Of a stretch of 64,000 bases of DNA, positions 10,030 through 22,526 are shown piece after piece. Position 1 is the stretch's first letter. Every line of letters starts with the position of its first letter. The DNA is from Macrostomum lignano (taxonomy: Eukaryota). The notes under the pieces were generated by a model. It was not told the DNA's origin. It saw nothing but the letters and a program-made list of their open reading frames with translations, and did not search any database. The stretch is taken from the NCBI GenBank assembly GCA_002269645.1, contig NIVC01001674.1:1-64000 (forward strand), in the 5' to 3' direction. The translations under genes and the position numbers were made by a program.

Positions 10030-12192
10030 ATGGCAAGTTCTGCTGTTTGGAAGCACTATGAAAAAATTGAAGTTTTGGGTGAGCAAAAGGCTCAGTGCAA
10101 AATTTGTAAGCAAGTGTATGCTGTAAAATATTCAAGCATATCAGGACTTAAACGACATCTTGCTAGAGTGCACAAAATTGAAATCAGAGAAGAAGAGGAA
10201 GTCAATCTGCAACTGCAAGTACAAGTGCAAAGGCAGCGGCAGCAGAGCATAGTGTCATATTATGACTCATATGCAACTGCTGGAGCTGGTACTAGTGCTA
10301 GTACTACAATGACCATTGACAACACTGCAACTGCCTCTGCCATTACCATGACCACAACTGCTGTTCCAAGTTCACAGCAAGTGCAACGAACAATTGAGGA
10401 CTGCTATCCAAAGCCAAAGTGGCCAGCTAACCACAAGAGGTCACTTATTTTTGACCAGCTAATAACTGAAATGATTGCAACTGATCAGCAGCCATTTAAA
10501 TTTGTTCAAGGGCCTGGCTTCCAGCGACTATTGGCTGAAGCTATTCCAAGCTACCAGATAAAAACCGAAAAGTTTTACCGCACCAGGCTACCTGGAATGT
10601 ATGATGGTGTCGCTGCTGCCATCAGGCTTATCTTGGCAAAAGTTGATGATGCTGCAGTGACTTCAGACATTTGGTCAGAGAAGCGAAAGTCAATCATTAG
10701 CCTAACTGTTCATGCTATTTCAGCCGACATGACCAACTTCTCAACAGTCTTGGCGGCTACTATCCTGGATGAGAATCACACAGCAGCTTTTCTAAGTCAA
10801 AAGCTGAGAGAGTTGTTGCATGAGTGGGATCTCGAAAACAAAACGATTGCCGCCGTCACTGATCATGCAGCAAACATGCGCAGAGCTGTGCTAGATTTAA
10901 GCCTTGATCAGCAAGTTGAACACTTTGGATGCGCTGCACACAAACTGAACTTAATTGTGCAGGCTGCACTGGATTATGATGAATACATTAAAGAGCTTCT
11001 GAACACCTGTCGACAAATGGTGCACCACTTTCACCGTTCATCGCCTGCATGCACCAGATTTGAGGAGATTCAAAAGAATCTTTATTTGAGTGCAAGTGCA
11101 ACTGCTGAGCCTGAGGCTGAGACTTTTGATCTTGAGAGGGAAGACAGTGACAGCAAGCGCCAAATAAAGGCTCTAATACTTGATGTTTCCACGCGTTGGA
11201 ACTCAACTTTGCACATGCTTCAGCGGATATTGGAGCTCAAAAGAGCAATTGGAATCTACTCAACGGAAGCAGCTAACTTTACTTCTCTCCGCCCGGATGA
11301 GTTTCAATGCTGTGAATGCATTATTGAGCTGCTAAGCGTTTTCGACGATGCTACCCTTATGGAAAGCAAAGCAGACTCATCAGTGTCATTGATGATTCCG
11401 TTGGGGAGTTTGCTGCAAAATTCTCTGGCACGCGTCACTCCTGTACGAGCAGGGATGTCGGCTAAAGCAAGGCGTTCTATCGAAAATATTCAAATGATCT
11501 TGTCAAACGAAATTGATCGACGATTCGAATTCGACCTTGACGGTGGCAACTGCAACACAACCTTCCTGATGGTTGCCACTGCTCTCGATCCGCGTTTTAA
11601 ACTCGATTGGTTTCCTGACAAATCAAGCGCTGCAGAAATAGTTCTTCAAGCCATTGATCACCAACTCGACAAGATGGACGATGCTCTTGTGGGCCGTGCC
11701 CGTGACAACTCCGACAACAGTGACAATGACTATGGCGACGACGATTCGGCACCAGCAGCAGCAGCCCCTCCGCCGCAGAAGCTTCTGCATCTCGTACACA
11801 GTCAACAACGCGCATGCGCAGCTACTACAGCTGCTGATGCATCGTCGACGTCGAGCTCATCAGCATCAGCACTGCGTCGCCGCCGCAAAACGAAAAGGTC
11901 GGCTGTCTGGAAGAATAGGCTAGCTAGCTTCTGGTCTAGCGAACTGGAGCCTCTTTCCAGCAACCCTCTACACTTTTGGGCTAAGCCTGAAGCTGAACTG
12001 GAACTTCTGAAGCCGATTGTTCGCCACTACTGCTGTGTTCCTGCTACGAGTGTCGCCAGCGAGCGGCTCTTTAGTATCGCGTCCAATGTTTTCTGTGACA
12101 ACCGGGCTTCATTAAAGCCTTCTACCCTTGAAAAGTTAGTTTTCTGTCAAATTAATTTGCCGCTCATCAATTATGTCTACAAGTTTCGCTAA
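10030..12192 (+). CDS. hAT-superfamily transposase with an N-terminal BED zinc finger (720 aa, apparently intact)
   Basis: SAVWKHY..CKIC..HLARVH (BED); VTSDIWS, VTDHAANM, CAAHKLNLIV, TRWNSTLHML, ALDPRFK; PATSVASERLFS (catalytic Glu and dimerisation domain). Confidence 0.95.
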   Translation: MASSAVWKHYEKIEVLGEQKAQCKICKQVYAVKYSSISGLKRHLARVHKIEIREEEEVNLQLQVQVQRQRQQSIVSYYDSYATAGAGTSASTTMTIDNTATASAITMTTTAVPSSQQVQRTIEDCYPKPKWPANHKRSLIFDQLITEMIATDQQPFKFVQGPGFQRLLAEAIPSYQIKTEKFYRTRLPGMYDGVAAAIRLILAKVDDAAVTSDIWSEKRKSIISLTVHAISADMTNFSTVLAATILDENHTAAFLSQKLRELLHEWDLENKTIAAVTDHAANMRRAVLDLSLDQQVEHFGCAAHKLNLIVQAALDYDEYIKELLNTCRQMVHHFHRSSPACTRFEEIQKNLYLSASATAEPEAETFDLEREDSDSKRQIKALILDVSTRWNSTLHMLQRILELKRAIGIYSTEAANFTSLRPDEFQCCECIIELLSVFDDATLMESKADSSVSLMIPLGSLLQNSLARVTPVRAGMSAKARRSIENIQMILSNEIDRRFEFDLDGGNCNTTFLMVATALDPRFKLDWFPDKSSAAEIVLQAIDHQLDKMDDALVGRARDNSDNSDNDYGDDDSAPAAAAPPPQKLLHLVHSQQRACAATTAADASSTSSSSASALRRRRKTKRSAVWKNRLASFWSSELEPLSSNPLHFWAKPEAELELLKPIVRHYCCVPATSVASERLFSIASNVFCDNRASLKPSTLEKLVFCQINLPLINYVYKFR

Positions 12193-14159
12193 AAAACGGC
12201 GCTATTTTAGCCTAGCATGTGTCGCCCCGACTCTCCCTCTCCCCCTCAACGTCTCTCCCTCTCCGTCTCTCTCTCCCTCTCTCTCTACCCCTCCCTGTCT
12301 CTGCCTCTCCCCTCCCCTCCCTCTCTCCTGTCACTAACCAACTACCTGCTGCACTGTTTTTATTCGTTAATTGATTTTAACCAATTTTGATGCGCGTCCA
12401 TAGTGCAAACTGCAAGCGATTTTAAATGAAAGAAAATATGCAACATTTAGCAAAAATTAGTGCTGTGCTGCGCTAAATTAGGTCTTTTTCGAGTGGCAAC
12501 ACTGGGCGTATGCCGTAGGGATTGTATTTGTATGAAGTGTAGGTGAGCCGGTCGGTCAGTCGGTGATTATAATCAGTTCGGACTAATCTATTCCTAATTT
12601 CCTACATCCTTTTTCCTATTCGATTTATTCCGTGGGACCGTGAGTCCGTGACTGTTCTGTTACTCGTAGTCGTACCTCGTAAACTCGTAGACGTAGACTA
12701 GTAGTAGTCGTCGTAGTACGTCGTACTTAGTTTTGTGTACTTTGTTTACTTTGAGTCGTACTTTGTTTTATCTTGTGTTGTGTACTATGAATCTATGATG
12801 CTACTACGACTAGTACTACTAGGTTTAAACTTTTTAAGAAAGTATTTTATAACAGAAAACTAAAAAACTTTTAAAGAAAACATAGTAGCATCTAGTACTG
12901 ACAGTGACAAGTATTACTAACTCCAAGTCTAAGGCTCCTTAATTCTTAACTCTTTTTCTGCTGGCTCGTTTGCCTTGCCTTAATTTATCAATAAAGTCCT
13001 TGCTTGCACAATTGCATTGCCATTTTGTGTAATTTTACGAATAATTTTTTAGTCAAATCAAAGTTTTACGCAATTGTCATTTGAGGAATTGACTTATTCA
13101 TTTAGTCATTTGTCTTTTGCACGTGAACGTGTCATCAATCATAAGTCATGACTTATGCAACTCTGGTCTGTCTGCTGTAGCCTGTAGCTCATAGGCGTCA
13201 TAGCTGTAATTTTTAGCACTCCGTCTGTAGTCCGTCACTTACGGAGTCACGATCACGACTCACGAGTCACTACACAATCACGAGTCACCGTCACGGTCAA
13301 AACAAAACTCGCGAATCACGAATCAGTCACAAGTCACGACTCACGCCTCAGACACGACACGACTCCACTCCACGAGCCCAGAAAGTTCAAAGTCCAGTCC
13401 AGTCCACCCTCGGGCCTCGGCCTCCACTCAACTTCTCTTCTCCACTCCAGGAGTCCAGACGAAACGAAAGTGATAAAAAAGGAAAAAGTCAAAACTCAGA
13501 AGTCAGTAATCTTTTACGATGTCAATTTCAATAAATCGGTATCAGATATGATATCACTATCAGTCTATCAGTATTACATATATATATATACATATATCTA
13601 TATTGTATGTATATTGTATGATATGTATCATCAATTTTAAACAGTATGTAATTTTATTGTCGTACATGTACACTCGAAAATTCGAATCTGACTGTTTAGT
13701 TAAGTGAGTGGGTTACTTGACTCAAGCTCGAGTGGGAGTCAGGACTCAGGACAGGAGTCCAGCTGTCCAAGACTCAGGACGGTGACGGAACGGGAACGGG
13801 AGTCGGCATCGGCACTCGGACTTGGCAGCCTGGACCTGGACTGGACATCGGGAATCGGGATGGGAGCAGCACCAGACATCACCGAACTTCACGGACAGCC
13901 GGGGCAGGGCAGAAGGCTTGAGCTTGACTGACACCAGTCACCAGTGACAGTGAGTGACCGACAGCTTCATAGAATCACAGACCGCTCACAGTCAGGTCAG
14001 GTGAGGTCGAGGTGAGGTCAGTGACCGACCAGAGACAGAGATGCCTCATGCAGTCATGCCTTGCAGTTGCAGTTGCATTTTCCTGGGGCTGGAATTAAGG
14101 GTAAATTGGTGTGAATGTGTTGAAAAATAATTTTTTCTTATTCGCACGCGGTTAGTGCC

Positions 14160-14287
14160 TTTAGGGAAAAAAGACTTGTCCCGATTTCCCGACTTTTTTA
14201 GGTTCGGGCCCGGGCCCGGGTCGGGCCACGATTTTGGTCGGGATTCCCGACTTTTCGGGCCCGGGCCCGGGACTGGGTCGCCCCCTA
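14160..14287 (+). mobile_element. Candidate right end of the hAT element
   Basis: Ends ..gggtcgcccccta (reverse complement TAGGGGGCGACCC, hAT-like TAGG terminus), preceded by repeated tcgggcccgggcccggg/cccga subterminal motifs. No matching left TIR seen. Confidence 0.4.
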
Positions 14288-15394
14288 CTCACACCCTCTC
14301 TCTCAACTTTTCTTTAAGGAAGCCTCCGCCCCGGCTCCCGGACCGACTGACTGACTTTAGTAATATTTTTATAAGCCGTATCTTAATCTTTTAGTGCACC
14401 GCGGCTCTGTTCGAGAAATTATCTTCGTCGTGCTTAATTAACTTTTTACCTGCCTGCTAAACTATAATCTTCATTACTATAATATTCAGTTAAACAAAAA
14501 TAATAATAATAATATTTCGCTAATATTGTTCCATAACTAATTCATTAAGCCCATAGCCTATCTTGAGTTATTTGCCCACGGGGCGTAAAACAAACCAAGT
14601 TCTCATCTCCAAGAAGCTCTGAGACATTAACGTTCCGTAATACGTAAATTACGGTGGTGGCAGCAACTACCCTACTAAAAGTAACAAGTTCAACTCATCG
14701 ACGCATTAATTTACGGAGACAGAATCTCCTGTGTTCTACAACTGAACGACCGTGCCGCTCTACGACCGCTCCGCTACGATTACAACTACCCTCCCCCGGA
14801 CTTGAGAACCCGGCTGTCGGAGTAAAAGGAGAAGAAATTCATTGAGATTATCTGCGCGAGTTTTTCCGGCTTTATTCGTGTTTCAACAACGCCGGCGGCA
14901 ATTCAAACGAGGAATCCGCTCCACCTCATTGATGTCAGCAAATTTTCAAAAAAAACCGACCGACCAAAAAATTCTTCTTCTCCACCCCACCTCAAATGGA
15001 AAATGGGGAGTGGAAAATTCCCAGAAAGCAGACAAAGCAATCTGTCCAGTATAAACCGATTTGAACCGGTTGGAAAGCTCGTCGAACTCTAACTCTGCAG
15101 TCTGCAGTCTCCAGTCTAAACTCTAAACACTTCCAACTGAAACTCAGTTTCCTTCCTACACTCTCTTACTCAATAATTTTCTTACTTCTTTCTAATTTTC
15201 TAATTCAACTCTCACTTTTTCTACACTTTCTACTTAGGCGTCTATTTTCGAGTCAACGCAGAAGCTAAGTGTCATTATAGATCCTTGCTTGTTTCAGTTT
15301 GTTTGTTCATTAACTTAGACGTCGGCAAAATTTTTACTTCAAGCCGTCAAGGGCTAGATTGACAACTTAGCGCATGACTTCGGGCCAGAGTACG

Positions 15395-15775
15395 GAGAGA
15401 GGAGAGAAGAAAGAGGAAAGATAAGGAGGGAAAAGTAGAGAGTAGAAGTGTGGAGAGAGTAGAGAGGTGAGCTGAGGAGAGAAGAATAGAGTAGAGGAGT
15501 AGAGGGGGAAAGGAGAGGTGAAGAGAGGAGAGTAGAAACGTAGAGTAGAGATGGAGAGGAGAGGAGAGAGCAGAGAGTAGAGGGGAGAGGAGAGTAGAGT
15601 AGAGGGTAGAGGAGAGTAAAGTAGAGGGGGGAGAGGAGAGTAGAGTAGAGGAGGAGGGGAGAGAAGAGTAGAGTAGAGGGGGAGGGAAGAGGAGAGTAGA
15701 GTAGAGGGGAAGGGGAGAGGAAAGTAGAGTAGAGGGGGGGAGAGTAGAGTAGAGGGGAGAGGAGAGTAGAAGATC
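15395..15775 (+). repeat. GA-rich low-complexity array (GAGTA/GAGAG)
   Basis: Direct inspection. Confidence 0.9.
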
Positions 15776-16212
15776 AAGAGACTTTTAGAGACTTTGGAAG
15801 AAATTGAATTTCTAGAATAAAGAAGCGTAATTGATTTGAATTTTAAATCGGGTGCAGTGTCGCCACTCCAGCTCCAGCGAATTTTAATCGCTGGGCAATT
15901 TTAAGACAGACAGGCGATCAAGACAAAAAAGTACAAAAAGTACTAAGTAGCTTAGCTAAGTGATCGTTGTCATATTCTGCAAATTTCAGTGATTTTATAT
16001 TAAGGGTCTTAGTTTGAATCGCTATGATCTAAGTCATTAAATATTCCAAAGTCTAATTAGAACTCTATGATTCCAAAAACTAAAACTGACGCGTTGTTTG
16101 TGTGTATGTTTTAAGTGAACTACAATTCAGCGTAATAAAAATAATTACAGGGATTCTAGGGGTAGAAATCATGCTCAACAAAACAGTTTTTCTGTTGTTG
16201 TTTATTACACAG

Positions 16213-16601
16213 TCGTAAGAGAAATTATTCCCTACAACTTTTACTCTCAGATATGGTTCACACGGCAGCCACACAGTTTTTGAGCGAGCACGGAGGTGCA
16301 AGTGAGTAAAAATTTTTTAGTCTGGTCAAATATTTCTAGTTATCCCTGTGTCGTGTCTGTATGTCTGTCTTTCTGTCTGTCTGTCCGTCTGTCAGAGTGT
16401 CTGTCCGTCTGTCTGTCTGTCTGTCTTTCTGTCTTTCTGTCTGTCTGTCTGTCTGTCTGTCTTTCTGTCTGTCTGTCTGTCTGTCTGTCTGTATGTCTGT
16501 TTGTCTGTATTTCTGTCTGTCTGTCTGTCTGTCTGTTTGTACGTCTGTCTTTCTGTCTGTCTGTCTGTATGTCTGTCTGTCTGTATTTCTGTCTGTCTGT
16601 G

Positions 16602-16646
<45 letters not shown>

Positions 16647-18365
16647 GCCTGTCAGAGTGTGTCTGTTTTTCTGTCTGTCTGTCTGTCTGTCAGAGTGTCT
16701 TTCTGTCTGTCTGTGTCTGTCAGAGTGTCTGTCCGTCTTTCTGTCTGTCTGTCTGTATGTCTGTCTTTCTGTCTGTCTGTATTTCTGTCTTTCTGTCTGT
16801 CTGTCTGTCTGTCTGTCTGTCAGAGTGTGTCTGTTTTTCTGTCTGTCTGTCTGTCTGTCAGAGTGTCTGTCCGTCTTTCTGTCTGTCTGTCTGTCTGTCT
16901 GTCAGAGTGTCTGTCTGTCAGAGTGTCCGTCTGTCTGTCTGTCCGTCTGTCTGTCTCTCTGTGTGTCCGTCTGAATCTGAATCTACGATTTCTGTATATC
17001 CCATACATTCCACAATTACTTTTAGAATGGACACCTGCCCTCAAGGCTGAATACCAGGCTCTTACGCAGGACGAGAAAAACGCTCTTAGGCAGAGGGCTA
17101 AAGATCGTCCGAGAGATTTTAAAAGCAGCATTCTGGTCGACTTGAAACGAGCTCAAAAATCTTTCTGCGTCGTTATTCCTCCATCCATACCAACAGATAT
17201 GCCCGAATGTTACGTATCTGATGGAGTATCTTCCCGAGTTCAAGAGGAATTAACTGCAGCGGTGAAACAGCTTTCTGATATCATCAAGAAAGGAGAGGAA
17301 TATTATCGAGAAGAAAAAATCGCCTCTCAAGCCCGAATGGAAGCTACGACAGAAGCATCAGTTCGAGCTGAAGCTACCGGACCTTCCAACGCTTTTCGTG
17401 ATGTGAAGAAGCTGAGACTGTCAATCCAGGAGAAAGCAACGACTGCTTTCAAGAGAGCTGGAAACAGAGGCCCGATTCCATGGAAGCAAATGGAGAGTGA
17501 CAAGCGAAACAAAACCAGATTTGCACGCGGAAGATTTTCTCTCGATTTCAAGTCACCCCATCATTTAAACAGGGCGGAATGTGTTCAGTTGGTTGAAAAG
17601 TTGGAAAATACGGATTTGGTATTTGTCAATTACCAACATTCTGATCTTATTGAAAGTGCAGGGCATTCGAGCGCCGCTACACCTGCCACGGCCGCTGCAA
17701 CTGCTACACCTGCCACGGCCGCTGCAACTGCTACACCTGCCACGGCCGCTGCAACTGCAACACCTGCCACGGCTACTGCAACACCAGCCACGAGTGCTGA
17801 AGTGAACATCCCGGCAGACAAACCTGATGAGTTTGATAACTACGAGCTTGGACCTGGAATCAGTGCTTATCGAGAATTTTTTCACATGGAAGACAGCAGT
17901 GCAACAGTGCAAGCGCAGCCGCAGGGAGCTGCTATTGTACTGACTAACGCCTGCGTCTCAAGTGTTAACAGTAATCAAACAGGTATGTCTCATTCAGCTA
18001 TAGAGACGAGAGCCAATCCGACTACTATCAGTTTATTTGGCCGCTCGGCTGCTTTTCGCTATAGTTAAGCATGCATCTATTCGAATTAAGAGCCAAAAAA
18101 CTGTCTGTTTAAAACTTAACTGATGTTATACTCAGTAAAGCAATCCTCAGTCTCTTTGCAAGACTGGCCGCTTTGCAGAAAATGCTGTGGCAGAAGATCT
18201 GGTTCACTGCTGTGACTTTGCCCACTTTGCAAATCAATTCTGTATACTTTGCTGGGGTAATTATTGTCACTTTGCATACATCCAGATCCCCACTCCTGCG
18301 TTGTGATGACCTCTGCGTGGTGCAGGAGAGGCAACAACCCTGTTCACAAAAACACAGTTGGCTAA
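16213..18365 (+). CDS. Unknown spliced gene (5'-partial): divergent HMG-box-like N-terminus, Ala/Thr repeat, C-terminal AN1-like zinc finger. Exons 16213-16301, 17026-17982, 18179-18365 (frameshift ~18272).
   Basis: Donors GTGAGT (16302) and GTATGT (17983), acceptors tttAG (17025) and tttgcAG (18178), all phase-consistent. Spliced product reads RKRNYSLQLLLSD..GAKWTPALKAEYQALTQDEKNALRQRAKD. With one extra T the last exon reads CCDFAHFANQFCILCWGNYCHFCIHPDPHSC. Confidence 0.6.
16355..16972 (+). repeat. (CTGT)n microsatellite in the intron of the HMG-like gene
   Basis: Direct inspection. Confidence 0.95.
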
Positions 18366-18500
18366 CAATCACAGTTAGTATATAGCTAGTTAAATCCCAG
18401 ATCTCCCAGATTTCAGATCTCAGATTTCATATATCAGATCTCAGAAATTTCGAAAGGATTAGAATTTTATATAATAGAATTTCTGTAATCATTTGCAGCA

Positions 18501-19107
18501 ATGGCAAAAAAAAATAGAAAGAGGGCCTCAAAAAGGGGCCCTGTTGACTGGGCCGCCGAGGCTGAGGCTGCGGCGGAGGCAGCTCCGGCGGCGGCGGAGG
18601 CAGCTCCGGAGGCAGCTCCGGAGGCAGCTCCGGCGGCGGCTCCGGCGGAGGCAGCGCCGGCGGCTCCGGCGGCTCCGGCGGCGGCTCCGGCGGCGGCTCC
18701 GGCGGAGGCAGCACCGGCGGAGGCAGCACCGGCGGAGGCGGCTGCCAGACGGCGGGCGGGCCGCCGCTGGGCCCGCGTCCGCAAAAGAGAGACATTAGTA
18801 CGTGCATTTGCTGCCATAATCATTTCTATATATATCTTTTCTATCTAGATCTCAGATTCCAGATTTCAGGTTCCAGATCCCAGATCTCAGATTCCAGATT
18901 TCAGGTTCCAGATCTCAGATTCCAGACACAGTCTCAAGTTAGAATAAGCTTTACTGAGCTTTCAGATTGATGGTCAGGCACTAGGACATTACATTACACA
19001 GAATTAAATTCAGCAAGCTTATTTGTGTAAATATTAATTTATTTCCAGATGCAAACCGTCGCCCGCCTGCAGCTGCTCCAAGCCCAGCTGCTGGGCCAGC
19101 TGGCTGG
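18501..19107 (+). CDS. Small spliced Ala/Pro/Glu-rich protein with basic ends (exons 18501-18797 and 19049-19107; 3' exon uncertain)
   Basis: ATG follows tttgcAG|CA. Donor TTA|GTACGT is phase 0; ttccAG|ATG..GG|GTAAGA. Phase-2-compatible downstream acceptors occur near 19437 and 19859. Confidence 0.4.
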
Positions 19108-19723
19108 GTAAGATATTTTTCAAATATTGAATGCTAAAATGTATACTCCTAAATATGCAGTCTAATTTCTTTCATTTACGATTTAAATCGTAACTAGATC
19201 GGCTTCGTCTCGGCCCATCAACACAGTCCTCAGTCTTGTATGTGGTCCAGATAAATCAGTCCATGGGGTGATACCTTATACATATGCAGGCTAGCAAAAG
19301 AAGGCTATAGGGCTGCAGGGATCAGAAGTGAAGCTGCTGGCAGATCGTAGGAGATTTCAGATTTTCAGGTGTAAAATCCCTCCCCCTCTATGCTAAAGAC
19401 CTCATTAATTCTCAGCACTGTCAAACACCTTTTAGATGCCCAGCAGTTCCTTCAGTGGCTGCACTGGCTGGTCCCTCAGGTCCTTCAGTGGGTGCCCCCT
19501 CAGATCCTTCAGTGGATGCCCCTTCAGAACCCAAAATCTAAAATCTAAAATCGACACATTTCGTAGCTACTTAGTCTACTTTGTCTACTTAGTAGCTGGT
19601 CAGAGAAGGCATCCCCGAATCTCCAGATTTCCTGATTCTCACATCCTTATCCCTGAATGTCATATCTTCCTATCTGATTTCCTCATGTTAATCTCAGAAT
19701 AGCCTCATACACAACACAACTAG

Positions 19724-21820
19724 TTTATGTATAACGTCTCTGTGCATCAAAAGCTGAGCAGTTTAGAGTTAATAAGCAATTTACTATAAATGAAATAAAC
19801 AACAGTTCTCAGAGTAAAACTTACACTTGTTCTCTGGTTCTAATGTTCTCGCTATCAGAGACCTTATTCACGTCCCATCCCCGCCCCACCCGAAATATCT
19901 TGATAGAACAAATTGCCCGCCTCTCAAAAAAACTTACATTGCGACTTTTGAACTTTACAGAAATACTGGATTCGGCTTGCGGGGCGGGCGAGGCGGGGGA
20001 CGAGGGCGAGGCGGCCAGCCCTTCCATCATTGGTAAGTTGCCATAGGACACCATTTGTTTTTCAACACACAAAATTTAATTTTTTGGACACATACATGTA
20101 CAGTCCAGACACCTGTACAGACACACAGAGAGACAGAAAAACACGGAGAAGGACAGATAAACGGGCAGAGGGAAGGAGAGGGAAAGTTGAAATAATTTTT
20201 TATAGCCTTCTCTGGTAACGTTAAGCCATGACAGTACAGTAAGGAATTCAACTACTGTCCTACTACGAGCTATCTGATTGCGACTTGAGAGTATTCTGTC
20301 CCCCCACAATGACAAACTGACCTTCCAAGCACTTGAACTGATGAGCCAGCAGATTTGTCTGTCTTGTGTGTCTTTATGTATAACGTCTCTGTGCATCAAA
20401 AGCTGAGCAGTTTAGAGTTAATAAGCAATTTACTATAAATGAAATAAACAACAGTTCTCAGAGTAAAACTTACACTTGTTCTCTGGTTCTAATGTTCTCG
20501 CTATCAGAGACCTTATTCACGTCCCATCCCCGCCCCACCCGAAATATCTTGATAGAACAAATTGCCCGCCTCTCAAAAAAACTTACATTGCGACTTTTGA
20601 ACTTTACAGAAATACTGGATTCGGCTTGCGGGGCGGGCGAGGCGGGGACGAGGGCGAGGCGGCCAGCCCTTCCATCATTGGTAAGTTGCCATAGGACACC
20701 ATTTGTTTTTCAACACACAAAATTTAATTTTTTGGAGACACACATGTACAGTCCAGACACCTGTACAGACACACAGAGAGACAGAAAAACACGGAGAAGG
20801 ACAGATAAACGGGCAGACAGACAGATTCGGCGATCCTGGCGCCAATTTGGGGATCCTGGCGCCAAATTTAGCTTCCGGCGCCAATTCGAGCTTTCCCGCG
20901 CCAATTTGAGCTTTCCAGCGCTAGTTTGAGCTTTCCAGGGCTAGTTTGAGCTTCCTAGGGCTGGTTTGGGCCTTCTTGAGTTAATTTGGGGTTCCTGGCG
21001 CCAATTTGGGGATCCTGGCGCCAAATTTAGCTTCCGGCGCCAATTCGAGCTTTCCCGCGCCAATTTGAGCTTTCCAGCGCTAGTTTGAGCTTTCCAGGGC
21101 TAGTTTGGGTCCTCTCGCGCTGATTTCAGCATTCCAGCGCTGATTCGGCGATCCTGGCGCCAATTTGGGGATCCTGACGCCAAATTTAGCTTCCGGCGCC
21201 AATTCGAGCTTTCCCGCGCCAATTTGAGCTTTCCAGCGCTAGTTTGAGCTTTCCAGGGCTAGTTTGAGCTTCCTAGGGCTGGTTTGGGCCTTCTTGAGTT
21301 AATTTGGGGTTCCTGGCGCCAATTTGGGGATCCTGGCGCCAAATTTAGCTTCCGGCGCCAATTCGAGCTTTCCCGCGCCAATTTGAGCTTTCCAGCGCTA
21401 GTTTGAGCTTTCCAGGGCTAGTTTGGGTCCTCTCGCGCTGATTTCAGCATTCCAGCGCTGATTCGGCGATCCTGGCGCCAATTTGGGGATCCTGGCGCCA
21501 AATTTAGCTTCCGGCGCCAATTCGAGCTTTCCCGCGCTTTTAAAGCTTTTAAAGTTAGTCTGCTTTTCGTCAGCAAGACAGCCACCCTTCCCCCAGACAA
21601 GGATCAGGTGATAGGGATAACTGTGAGGGAAAGTTGAAATAATTTTTTATAGCCTTCTCTGGTAACGTTAAGCCATGACAGTACAGTAAGGAATTCAACT
21701 ACTGTCCTACTACGAGCTATCTGATTGCGACTTGAGAGTATTCTGTCCCCCCACAATGACAAACTGACCTTCCAAGCACTTGAACTGATGAGCCAGCAGA
21801 TTTGTCTGTCTTGTGTGTCT
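19724..21820 (+). repeat. Tandem duplication (~649-bp unit); second copy split by an ~800-bp insertion
   Basis: Copy 1 is 19724-20372. Copy 2 is 20373-~20817 plus ~21626-21820, near-identical. Confidence 0.9.
20824..21537 (+). repeat. 318-bp higher-order repeat (x2.25) of ~21-bp GGCGCC-core monomers
   Basis: gattcggcgatcc recurs at 20824, 21142 and 21460. Confidence 0.9.
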
Positions 21821-22280
21821 GACCATACGCTCGTATATATTCTATATGTACTAATATACATTATAAATTCTAATTCTAAATTCTAGTATATTATATATAG
21901 TCGAATAGTTTTCCCATAAAAGTTTGAACGCTGACTTGCAAGCAGCCTACTAGGAGTTATCGTACATTGAGAGAGGGCCACCGTTCTACACCCACCCCAA
22001 AACTGAGCACGCGGGCCAATGAGAATTCTCCCACGGTGAGTTAGGCAAGACAACCCCTCCCTTTGATTAATGAGCCTCTCGCTTTTTGATTCAACGACGG
22101 CCACCACCCACGGTGTAAGTTAATTTGTGGCTTTATTCACCAGTATCAAGGAGCTTATATAAAGAGCTGGAAAGAAAAGGCTATCCTTGTCTCATTTTAA
22201 GCATAGGCCTGCATAGAGTATAAATATTTGAGCGCAAGCTTAACGGCTATACTTGGTTATTTTTAATTTGTCTTTGAATA

Positions 22281-22526
22281 CAGGTAAGTTCAAGGAATCG
22301 AATAATTTTAAAGCGAAAATGCCACTGTTTGAATAATTCTTAGTAAAATTCAGTTTTGCTGCAAGCGCACGATATCAAGTTTTTTCAATGGAATATATTA
22401 GATTAATCTTTTAACGAGCGTCATAAGACTTGGCGCCACGTTTTTTTGATTGTGATTTTCGCTTGCACAAATTGTGGATGGCATTTTGAACTTTAAAATT
22501 GTTCGACTTCCTAGAGTCTTACTCTG
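22281..22526. mobile_element. MITE with ~45-bp imperfect TIRs (Tc1/mariner-like TA|CAG start)
   Basis: caggtaagttcaaggaatcgaataattttaaagcgaaaatgcca versus tggcattttgaactttaaaattgttcgacttcctagagtcttactctg. Confidence 0.65.

Noticed and set aside
14653-22107. GGTGGTGGC..GCCACCACC as TIRs around the HMG-like cluster
   Set aside because: Only 9 bp match and there is no TSD.
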